64,000 nucleotides of DNA, from the IMG/VR virus record IMGVR_UViG_3300042883_001293; one strand, 5' to 3'. The notes beneath the pieces were generated by a model, which was given only the letters and a program-made list of their open reading frames with translations, ran no database searches and was not told where the DNA came from. The translations under genes were made by a program, and so were the position numbers. Of this stretch, positions 23,608 through 30,991 are shown piece after piece (the first letter of the stretch is position 1; every line of letters starts with the position of its first letter). Origin of the DNA: a virus. Taxonomy: Duplodnaviria; Caudoviricetes.

Positions 23608-23943
23608 ATGAACCTCACCAAATCCTTCCCCCCTGCTGATGATCTGCTCGTGCAATTTCAGCAGGTTGACTATCAGAAACTCTACGCCGATGTGCGGAGT
23701 TTCGTTCTCACCGTGGCAGCATTTGTTGCTGTGGTTGCTACTATCCTCTGGAACAAGATTCAAACCATGCGATTCAAAACCCCCGAAATGATCACCCAAT
23801 TCTTCTACCTGGGTGTGAACATGATTGGTGAACCTGGCGATGAAATCGTTGGGTTGAGTGTAGGCAACCGCTACGTTGGTTTGTATAGCAACGGCATCGC
23901 TTGGGGTGTGCTCAACGAGCAGGGTGCCCTGACCAATCAGTAA
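23608..23943 (+). CDS. membrane-associated hypothetical protein
   Basis: ATG 23608 in ORF track frame; central hydrophobic helix. Confidence 0.7.
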   Translation: MNLTKSFPPADDLLVQFQQVDYQKLYADVRSFVLTVAAFVAVVATILWNKIQTMRFKTPEMITQFFYLGVNMIGEPGDEIVGLSVGNRYVGLYSNGIAWGVLNEQGALTNQ

Positions 23944-24011
23944 ACTGGCACACAGGGGGTTGCGTTGCTGCTGCCCCCATGCCAAACTACGTTTGTTCCT
24001 GAAACACACCC

Positions 24012-24140
24012 ATGGACACCTACTTCTTTGAGATCCAAGACGCCCCGGGTGAGATCTATGACATCGAGGATCTGCAGCAGGAGGATGACGATGAGGATCA
24101 ATCCTTCAACCAAATGCTCAACAGCAACTACACCCTGTGA
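24012..24140 (+). CDS. very acidic small protein (42 aa)
   Basis: MDTYFFEIQDAPGEIYDIEDLQQEDDDEDQSFNQMLNSNYTL after cassette 23930-24011. Confidence 0.6.
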   Translation: MDTYFFEIQDAPGEIYDIEDLQQEDDDEDQSFNQMLNSNYTL

Positions 24141-24286
24141 TGACACTCACGCACCTCAACTATCAGGAGATTGATACCCTCCTCGCTATTCTTGAGACTA
24201 GCGACTGGCACTACCTGACAGAACTTACAGAGGCGGACATTCCGCTTCTGTATGACAAACTCACTGAAATGAGGGATGAGATCTGA
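24140..24286 (+). CDS. acidic small protein (48 aa)
   Basis: TGATG coupling; MTLTHLNYQEIDTLLAILE... Confidence 0.6.
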   Translation: MTLTHLNYQEIDTLLAILETSDWHYLTELTEADIPLLYDKLTEMRDEI

Positions 24287-24459
24287 TGAACCGTTCTGAA
24301 CTGCAAGATGCTCTCATTCAGCAGATGCTGGATGACATGGACCTCAAGACAATGACCCAACTCTGTTATGACTACCTGGATGAGGGTTATGCAAAGTATT
24401 CTGATGAAGAATTGATCACCGAGTGTGAAGAATACTACCCCGAACTGCTAGAGGGGTGA
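24286..24459 (+). CDS. acidic small protein (57 aa)
   Basis: MNRSELQDALIQQMLDDMDLKTM...YYPELLEG. Confidence 0.65.
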   Translation: MNRSELQDALIQQMLDDMDLKTMTQLCYDYLDEGYAKYSDEELITECEEYYPELLEG

Positions 24460-24514
24460 CGATCTGACAACTGGCACACAGGGGGTTGACCCCACCCCCA
24501 ACCCGTGCCATAAT
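24456..24514 (+). promoter_or_regulatory. early promoter cassette
   Basis: GTGACG-N10-TGGCAC, 8 nt, TTGACC-17-CATAAT. Confidence 0.8.
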
Positions 24515-24584
24515 TGATTCAACAAGCGGGGGTGAAGCATCCCGCTCAAAACACTTCACTCAACCCTTTACTTTTTTTAACATC

Positions 24585-24803
24585 ATGTTCAAGTTCCAAT
24601 CCAGCGCCATCGAAAACATCTCCGATGTGCAAAACGGTCAAGTGACTGTTACTTTCAACGGTGGTCGTGACTATACCTACGGTGTGCAAGATGTGGAGCA
24701 ATTCGTTGCTCAACTCTCCGAAGTGATCACTAAGAGCGAATCTGTGGGTCGCTTCATTAACACCGCAATCCGTAGCGAGCAACTGACTCAGGTTGCCGCC
24801 TGA
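24585..24803 (+). CDS. KTSC-like domain protein
   Basis: SSAI...VTVTFNGGRDYTY...SVGRFIN. Confidence 0.6.
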   Translation: MFKFQSSAIENISDVQNGQVTVTFNGGRDYTYGVQDVEQFVAQLSEVITKSESVGRFINTAIRSEQLTQVAA

Positions 24804-24920
24804 GGCACACGGGGGGCATCCTGCCCCCCTTTCTTGTGCCACTTGATCAACCTGCACACACCCCCACCCTAAGGGGTCTGCTGCTGCTGTATGATTCGAT
24901 CAACGCCAACCACCCCACCC

Positions 24921-25535
24921 ATGGCACACACCGATTCCATTCTCGCAACCTACTTCCAGAGCAGTGTTTATGATCGGCAAGTTGGGATGCAATGGTACAA
25001 CAACGCCTTTCAGGTTTGTGTTACTTTAGGCGAAAAGTACGGTGTCCATTCTGACATTGTGGCAGGCGTGATTGCTGCACTTTCTCCCAACAATAAGTGG
25101 GAATCTAACATTATCGACGCTGAAATCATGCTGCGTGCATGGGCAGCAGAGATCGCATACAGCAGTGTTAAAGTTTCCACCTATTTCAACAATAAGGATA
25201 AAGCAGCAACAATCCTTGATTGTCAACTAACCCGCGAACAGATTGTAACTGTTTTGCGTGGCAATAAGACGGTGGCGTTCTTCCTTTGCATCGCGTCTAA
25301 TGGTGACAGCGACACGCCCTGTATTGATGGTCATGCTTACAACGTGTGGAACGGAACTGTATCTACACTCAAGGAAGTTCCCTCTATGAGTGACAAAACC
25401 TACCGCCACATTCAAGACGCTTACCGTGACGCTGCTAAGATTATCTCAGGCGTGACGGGTTCCTATCATTCAGCGGCACAAGTTCAGGCGGTGACTTGGG
25501 TAGCGTACCGCAGGATGCACAAAGGTCTGCTGTGA
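24921..25535 (+). CDS. conserved phage protein with HhH-GPD glycosylase-like IDGH motif
   Basis: WY...AGVIAALSPNNKWESN...CIDGHAYNVW...QVQAVTW. Confidence 0.55.
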   Translation: MAHTDSILATYFQSSVYDRQVGMQWYNNAFQVCVTLGEKYGVHSDIVAGVIAALSPNNKWESNIIDAEIMLRAWAAEIAYSSVKVSTYFNNKDKAATILDCQLTREQIVTVLRGNKTVAFFLCIASNGDSDTPCIDGHAYNVWNGTVSTLKEVPSMSDKTYRHIQDAYRDAAKIISGVTGSYHSAAQVQAVTWVAYRRMHKGLL

Positions 25536-25613
25536 CGCTCTGAGAACCGCACACTGGGGGGCACCGTTGCCCCTCTCTGCCCTCTATACTGATCTCAGTT
25601 CGCAAGCAACCCG

Positions 25614-25787
25614 ATGACCTTCATCTCCTGGAGCGCCGCCCCCAAGGGCACTGGCATGGACCACGCGGAGTTCTTCACCAGCGAAGCACACGCCGTGGAT
25701 GTTGCCTTTGACTGGAGCATCGAACTCGGTGGCGCTCCCGTGGTGATCTACTGCAACGAACAGGAATGGATGGAGATCACTGCCTGA
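25614..25787 (+). CDS. hypothetical early protein (57 aa)
   Basis: after CTATACTGATCTCAGTTC leader. Confidence 0.65.
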   Translation: MTFISWSAAPKGTGMDHAEFFTSEAHAVDVAFDWSIELGGAPVVIYCNEQEWMEITA

Positions 25788-26139
25788 AGTGGCACACAGG
25801 GGGCAACCTGCCCCCTTTTTTATGGTGCCCCTTTTTTTATTTCAAGGCTGCCCCCGTGACGACTGTTGACATCAACAGGGCTACCCCGCCCCTCCTTCGC
25901 TTGTGACCGTATTATAGGCAATGGATGCCCCGCAAAACCCGCATCGTGTGCCACTTGCTGAACCGTCTAGAACTGCTGCCACCGCCTCTCAGCACCCTGT
26001 ATGGTGACAATACGCCGCAACCTCACCATGCGCTACATGATCGCCGCCGTGCTGCTGTGCCTGCTATGGGAACCGATCCGCCCCGTCCGCAGTGTGACAG
26101 CTCAGGCACTGTACACTGCAGGCGACATGATCGCCCGCT

Positions 26140-26511
26140 GACCCCCTATACTGATCTCAGTTCACCACCTGAACCCATGGCAACCGCAACCCGCACCCAC
26201 CAGACCAACCTGCTGGATGTCACCTACAACGGTTGGACTAATTACAAGACCTGGAATGTTGTTCTCTGGATTGAGAACGATGAGGGCATTCAAGACTACA
26301 TTCAGGAGCATCACATCTGCTGCTATGAGGAGATGATCGAAGCACTCTATGAGTGTGGCAGCACTGAGACCCCCGATGGGGTGAAGTGGAACGATCCTGA
26401 GATCAACCGTGCTGAGATCAACGGCGACGTGTTCGATTTCTAAACTGGCACACGGGGCGCCCAGCGCCCCTCCCCGACCCCCTATACTGATCTCAGTTCA
26501 CCACCTGAACC
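26140..26511 (+). repeat. 36-bp identical promoter-leader direct repeat (26140-26175, 26476-26511)
   Basis: GACCCCCTATACTGATCTCAGTTCACCACCTGAACC. Confidence 0.9.
26177..26443 (+). CDS. conserved phage protein (YNGWTNY motif)
   Basis: YNGWTNYKTWNVVLWIEND; ATG 26177. Confidence 0.75.
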   Translation: MATATRTHQTNLLDVTYNGWTNYKTWNVVLWIENDEGIQDYIQEHHICCYEEMIEALYECGSTETPDGVKWNDPEINRAEINGDVFDF

Positions 26512-26515
26512 GACC

Positions 26516-26692
26516 ATGACCCAACAGCAACTGCTCCAGAACGCCCGCAACGTGATCATCGGCATGACCGATGCCCAGCGCACCTGCCTGAAGACCGCCG
26601 CCATCGCCAAGGGGCGCACCGCCCAGCAGGTGAGCAAGGCAGGCACCATGCGCCTGGCGCTCTGGGTGAGCAAGGGCACCAGCGCAATCTGA
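26516..26692 (+). CDS. basic small protein (58 aa)
   Basis: MTQQQLLQNARNVIIGMTDAQR... Confidence 0.65.
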   Translation: MTQQQLLQNARNVIIGMTDAQRTCLKTAAIAKGRTAQQVSKAGTMRLALWVSKGTSAI

Positions 26693-26758
26693 CCCCTACG
26701 GGGGGCGCTCCTGCCCCCCCTTCCATGCTACAATTCTCTCAGTTCAAACGACCCCACC

Positions 26759-26920
26759 ATGCGCTTCGAAGTCCGCTACCAGACCCCCTACGGTGAGCAG
26801 CAGTGGCGCTCCCAGTGGTTCAAAGACCTGGAGGAGGCAGAGCGTATGGTAGACTTCTACCGCTCCTGCGGATCGCCCTCCCACATCGCTCCCTCCTCCC
26901 TGGCACAACTGGAACGCTGA
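26759..26920 (+). CDS. hypothetical early protein (53 aa)
   Basis: MRFEVRYQTPYGEQQWRSQWFKDLEEAERMVDFYRSCGSP. Confidence 0.65.
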   Translation: MRFEVRYQTPYGEQQWRSQWFKDLEEAERMVDFYRSCGSPSHIAPSSLAQLER

Positions 26921-26977
26921 TCAACGGGAATGGGTGCGCCCTTAAAGACGCCCAGCAACTCTAATCCTGAAACCACG

Positions 26978-27127
26978 ATGACACGCGACCTTGCGCTTTC
27001 TCTCCTCCGCTCTGGCAACAACGGCGCACAAATCCTCCAAATTCTTGACTCTATTGTTCTGGGGGATAGTGTTGACGAATGTGATGAGTATGGTGCAGAC
27101 CCTACACTTGATGCCATCGACTTCTGA
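26978..27127 (+). CDS. small protein (49 aa)
   Basis: MTRDLALSLLRSGNNGAQILQILDSI. Confidence 0.6.
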   Translation: MTRDLALSLLRSGNNGAQILQILDSIVLGDSVDECDEYGADPTLDAIDF

Positions 27128-27226
27128 TCAGACTGTGCCAACCCGCTAGGCGGCACAGCGGAGGGCACCGCCCCTCCCCTTTGCCCCCTGATCTGCTACA
27201 ATTCTCTCAGTTCACCACCTGAACCG

Positions 27227-27469
27227 ATGACCGACCCCACCCCCCTGAAGACCATCCTCTGCCCCACCCGCTACCCGTTCGCTGTTGCCTACGTGAAGGA
27301 CGGTAAGATCGCCAGCACCATCGCCTACGCTACCACCCTGGAGGACTGCTACTTCCAGGTGCAGGGATGGCGCAGCAGCATGGGCAGCGCCGACTACATC
27401 ATGGCAGAGCAGAAGGAGATCGGTGAGGAGACCCCCGATCGGGTGAACACGTACTGGGTGGCGGTCTGA
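27227..27469 (+). CDS. hypothetical early protein
   Basis: 80 aa ORF, strong GC3 bias, own cassette. Confidence 0.75.
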   Translation: MTDPTPLKTILCPTRYPFAVAYVKDGKIASTIAYATTLEDCYFQVQGWRSSMGSADYIMAEQKEIGEETPDRVNTYWVAV

Positions 27470-27527
27470 TCCGCCAGGGGGGCACACCCGCCCCCCATGC
27501 TACAATTCTCTCAACCGCAACCGACCG

Positions 27528-27713
27528 ATGACCGTGACCCTGACCCCCATCTCCACCAAGGCGAAGAACCGCCTGGCAAACCAGATGGCAGGCGACCCCG
27601 TGGTTGTGGTTGAGCAGCGCGACGGCAACGACCTGTTCTGCGTGAGCAGCAACGGCACCTGGTGCGCCTGGGTGAACTGCCTCACCGATCCGAACTGGGC
27701 AGTTCGCTTCTGA
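27528..27713 (+). CDS. hypothetical early protein
   Basis: 61 aa ORF, own cassette. Confidence 0.7.
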   Translation: MTVTLTPISTKAKNRLANQMAGDPVVVVEQRDGNDLFCVSSNGTWCAWVNCLTDPNWAVRF

Positions 27714-27752
27714 CCTGCTACAGTACCCAAGCAACCGACACCCCCCCCCCCC

Positions 27753-27932
27753 ATGGCGATCTTCTCCCAGTGCTCCGACCTGCAGACCCGCGAAACCATG
27801 TGGGTTGCCCGTAAGACTGACGATGCCCCTCAGGATCGCTTCGCTGGGCAGATCAACCCTGCCGAAGGGTACTGGTGGGCAGCACGTTACGCCGAACGCT
27901 ACGCCGACAACGTGGTGCCCCTGGAGGGTTGA
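27753..27932 (+). CDS. hypothetical early protein (59 aa)
   Basis: MAIFSQCSDLQTRETMWVARK... Confidence 0.6.
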   Translation: MAIFSQCSDLQTRETMWVARKTDDAPQDRFAGQINPAEGYWWAARYAERYADNVVPLEG

Positions 27933-27982
27933 CCTCCTGCCCCCGACCCTGTAGAATTCCAGAGCAAACCGCACCGCACCCG

Positions 27983-28207
27983 ATGACCACCGCCCTCCGC
28001 GACTGCCTCAACGTGTACGCCCCTGGCACCACCTTCTCTGACATCCTGTGGGATTGCTCCCACCCCGCCAACGACACCATCGCTTGGCACATTGCCCTGG
28101 AGTCTGCAGAGATGCACTCCTGCCTCTACGACTTCCGCAAAGACTACGGGCACCTGCAGGGTGAGCGCATCGACTGCGGTGAGTTCCTCTCCTGGTTGGG
28201 GTACTGA
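27983..28207 (+). CDS. hypothetical early protein
   Basis: ATG 27983 after TAGAATTCCAGAGC leader. Confidence 0.7.
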   Translation: MTTALRDCLNVYAPGTTFSDILWDCSHPANDTIAWHIALESAEMHSCLYDFRKDYGHLQGERIDCGEFLSWLGY

Positions 28208-28213
28208 TCCCTA

Positions 28214-28654
28214 CGGGGCACCTTGACGGGTGCCCCACCCACCCTGTAGAATTCCAGAGCAAACCGCAACGCACCCGATGCCTGCCACCATCGCCACCGC
28301 CTTCACCCCCGACCAGATGCTCTACCTGGGGCACTCCGTGTTCAGCAGCGCCATGCGCTCCTGGGCACTGGTGATGAACAACGACAACGATGCCGAACTG
28401 CTGGTCCTGTTCAACAGCAGCGACACCGTGTACCGCTACGCCTTCCGCGCCTGGGAGGATGCCCGCAACTGGGATGAGATACGCAAGCAGGGTGAGGAGG
28501 AGGATGCCGACCGCATCTCCTGGGGGCGCTGCTTCCACCGCTTCCTGAGCGAAGGGGCGATCCTGCCCATCGCCGCCTGAACCCTGCGGGGCACCTTGAC
28601 GGGTGCCCCATCCACCCTGTAGAATTCCAGAGCACACCGCACCGCACCCGATGC
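28214..28654 (+). repeat. 68-bp promoter/stem-loop/leader direct repeat (28214-28281, 28587-28654; partial third copy 27946-27985)
   Basis: 65/68 identical; GGGGCACC-TTGACG-GGTGCCCC hairpin, TAGAAT. Confidence 0.9.
28278..28580 (+). CDS. second KTSC-like protein
   Basis: SSAM...LLVLFNSSDTVYRY...SWGRCF. Confidence 0.5.
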   Translation: MPATIATAFTPDQMLYLGHSVFSSAMRSWALVMNNDNDAELLVLFNSSDTVYRYAFRAWEDARNWDEIRKQGEEEDADRISWGRCFHRFLSEGAILPIAA

Positions 28655-28911
28655 TCACCTCCATCATCCGCACCGCGATCCGCACCCGCCTGATCAACGA
28701 CGGCCCGATGACCTGCAGCGACCTGGTTCGCGCCATGGGCATGGACCCCCGCCGCCATAAGGGCACCATTCACGCCCTCATGGTTGACATGGAGAAGGCA
28801 GGCACCCTGGATGCCACCCGCAGCGACAGCGGCAAGCGCGACCTCTGGTTCATCGTGCCCACCGCGATCCGCAAGCGTGATCGCCTTGCCGCCGCCATGG
28901 CAGGAGTCTGA
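28651..28911 (+). CDS. winged-helix-like DNA-binding protein
   Basis: GPMTCSDLVRAMG...TIHALMVDMEKAGTL. Confidence 0.55.
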   Translation: MLTSIIRTAIRTRLINDGPMTCSDLVRAMGMDPRRHKGTIHALMVDMEKAGTLDATRSDSGKRDLWFIVPTAIRKRDRLAAAMAGV

Positions 28912-28983
28912 TTCGTTCGTGGGGGTGGGTTGACTCCTGTCCCCCTACCGTCTACAATACGAGAGCACACCGCAACCGACCTG

Positions 28984-29280
28984 ATGGATTTCACCGTTAC
29001 CCGCCTCCGTCGCCGTGGTCCCCGCAAGGGCGAGACTCTGACCCGCAACGCCCAGCACGGTGCTGGCGCCGCCGTGGGTTCTGTTCGTGATTCTGACCTG
29101 CCCGCTGGTGGCGCCTCTCATGCCGTTGGCGCTGGCAAGGGCGTGACCATCACCCGCGTCGTGGGACTGGGCAGGCAGTGGGTTGGCGATAAAGACGCCA
29201 ACGCCTCCCGCTTCGCCGCCCAGGCGAAGGCAGACCGAATCGCTGCTGCCCGTGACCGCCTGGCAGAGCGGCAGGGGTGA
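28984..29280 (+). CDS. basic Gly/Ala/Arg-rich protein
   Basis: ATG 28984 in ORF track frame. Confidence 0.7.
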   Translation: MDFTVTRLRRRGPRKGETLTRNAQHGAGAAVGSVRDSDLPAGGASHAVGAGKGVTITRVVGLGRQWVGDKDANASRFAAQAKADRIAAARDRLAERQG

Positions 29281-29525
29281 CAGTTCGTGGGGCGGCACAC
29301 CCGCCCCTCATTCGTTCGTGACAGGGGCAGTTGTCGTTATAACGTTATCGTTATGGCGGCGGGCCGTGTTTTAAAAATCGATGGGTCCCACCAGTCTACA
29401 AAGTGTTACGAAAGGCATCGATATAATAGACGAAAACAAAAAAAATTCCCAGGTAAAAAAATTGCAGAAAACCTTTAATAAAAAATTATAAATCATATAT
29501 AATTTCAAAAGAAATATCTATAAGA

Positions 29526-29702
29526 ATGAAAAAAAATTTCGGAGAGGAAAAACGCCCCATACAGATTGATCCAATTAGTGGTGAGTATTACATTACTATT
29601 CCAGAATGGATTATGAATGACTTGTCTTGGTACGAAGATACAGAGATTAATTTTTTAGTAGAAAACAAAGACATTATTCTTTCAGAGTCCACAGGTCTTT
29701 GA
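29526..29702 (+). CDS. AbrB/MazE-like small protein (58 aa, missed by track)
   Basis: IQIDPISGEYYITIPEWIMNDLSWYEDTEINF. Confidence 0.65.
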   Translation: MKKNFGEEKRPIQIDPISGEYYITIPEWIMNDLSWYEDTEINFLVENKDIILSESTGL

Positions 29703-29706
29703 CATT

Positions 29707-29874
29707 ATGAAAGTTTATAGCATATACGCCAAAGAGAAATGCTTATATCATCTTATAAGTGAACAAGAGTTTGAAATTACATGGAAAACACTCAAAAATA
29801 TGGTCGGTTTAATGAAGACCGACTACAGTGTTGAGGACCTTTCATATGAAGAGGCGTTCATTGACATTGTATAG
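29707..29874 (+). CDS. hypothetical protein (55 aa, missed by track)
   Basis: MKVYSIYAKEKCLYHLISEQEF... Confidence 0.65.
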   Translation: MKVYSIYAKEKCLYHLISEQEFEITWKTLKNMVGLMKTDYSVEDLSYEEAFIDIV

Positions 29875-29889
29875 ATAATATTGTATGAT
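29861..29889 (+). promoter_or_regulatory. sigma70 promoter
   Basis: TTGACA-17-TATGAT. Confidence 0.7.
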
Positions 29890-29911
29890 ATGATTGTAAC
29901 TACTTTCAATT

Positions 29912-30667
29912 ATGGCAAAAGGATTTACTGTTAAGGCAAAGGCACCACTTACAAGCCAAGAACCTGAATGGGATTACGACAAAGCAAGAGAAATGATCAG
30001 AGGCAAAAGCATTGTATTTTGCCTTCCTGGAAGAGGAGTTTCATATACTTATCTGAAAAATTTTGTACAACTTTGTTTTGATCTTGTTCAGTCTGGTGCA
30101 AGCATTCAAATTTCTCAAGATTATTCTTCCATGGTGAATTTTGCTCGTTGCAAATGCCTTGGAGCAAATGTACTTAGAGGTCCTGATCAACTCCCCTGGG
30201 ATGGAAAATTACAATATGACTATCAATTATGGATTGATAGTGACATTGTATTCAACACTCAGAACTTCTTACAATTGGTTCTGATGGAAAAAGACATCGC
30301 AGCTGGTTGGTACTGTACAGAAGACGGTATGACGACTTCTGTTGCACACTGGTTAGAAGAAGATGATTTCAGAACAAATGGTGGTGTGATGAATCACGAA
30401 ACCATTGAAACCATGAGAAATCGTAAAAAACCATTTACAGTTGACTATACTGGATTTGGTTGGCTTTTAATCAAGCACGGAGTCTTTGAGAACTCCGAAA
30501 TGAAGTATCCATGGTTTGCACCAAAAATGCAAGTCTTTGAATCTGGTGAGGTTCAGGATATGTGTGGAGAAGATGTAAGTTTCTGTCTGGATGCAAAGGA
30601 AGCAGGATTTGAAATTTGGTGCGACCCACGGGTACGAGTCGGTCACGAAAAAACAAGAATTATTTGA
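29912..30667 (+). CDS. GT-A (family 2-like) glycosyltransferase-fold protein, conserved in cyanomyoviruses
   Basis: LWIDSDIVF DxD motif, TGFGWLLI, GEDVSFC. Confidence 0.75.
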   Translation: MAKGFTVKAKAPLTSQEPEWDYDKAREMIRGKSIVFCLPGRGVSYTYLKNFVQLCFDLVQSGASIQISQDYSSMVNFARCKCLGANVLRGPDQLPWDGKLQYDYQLWIDSDIVFNTQNFLQLVLMEKDIAAGWYCTEDGMTTSVAHWLEEDDFRTNGGVMNHETIETMRNRKKPFTVDYTGFGWLLIKHGVFENSEMKYPWFAPKMQVFESGEVQDMCGEDVSFCLDAKEAGFEIWCDPRVRVGHEKTRII

Positions 30668-30835
30668 ATGTCTGACAATACACGCTATAATGTTTTTTGT
30701 AAGGGTCGGAAGATTTATTCCGACTTAGATCAAGAGTCATTCTTTGACGTGATGGAGGATCTGGCACAATCATTTTATGAGAGTGGCACACCAGAACCTT
30801 CTGATATTACTACAGAACTTATTGGAGAAAATTAA
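30668..30835 (+). CDS. hypothetical protein (55 aa)
   Basis: hand translation, tight coupling. Confidence 0.65.
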   Translation: MSDNTRYNVFCKGRKIYSDLDQESFFDVMEDLAQSFYESGTPEPSDITTELIGEN

Positions 30836-30991
30836 ATGGCAGTGAAAGCAAAAGGTGGTTTGAATAAGAACTCTTCTTATATTCCCGGACCACCGAAGAA
30901 ATCTCGTCAAGGAGATGGTGCAGGTACTAAATACGCAGCGACTTCTCGTAATGGAGCACGTAAAAAGTATAGGGGACAAGGTAAAGGATGA
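30836..30991 (+). CDS. small very basic protein (51 aa)
   Basis: MAVKAKGGLNK...ARKKYRGQGKG. Confidence 0.7.
   Translation: MAVKAKGGLNKNSSYIPGPPKKSRQGDGAGTKYAATSRNGARKKYRGQGKG

Noticed and set aside
25925-26176. N-terminal extensions given by the ORF track (also 22405, 23482, 24486, 24891, 27875, 28230, 28603, 28930)
   Set aside because: They translate promoter cassettes; true starts follow the conserved leaders
27741-27752. C12 tract as a phase-variation switch
   Set aside because: It lies in a leader, not within a reading frame or promoter spacer; cannot be distinguished from a homopolymer artefact
21857-28983. Integron with attC sites
   Set aside because: No integrase in the window and no attC core (RYYYAAC/GTTRRRY) geometry; the repeats are promoters
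27212-29300. Long overlapping ORFs (e.g. 27399-27974, 28008-28769, 28411-28773)
   Set aside because: Stop-codon scarcity in 65-70% GC DNA; the + strand ORFs with repeated leaders explain the region
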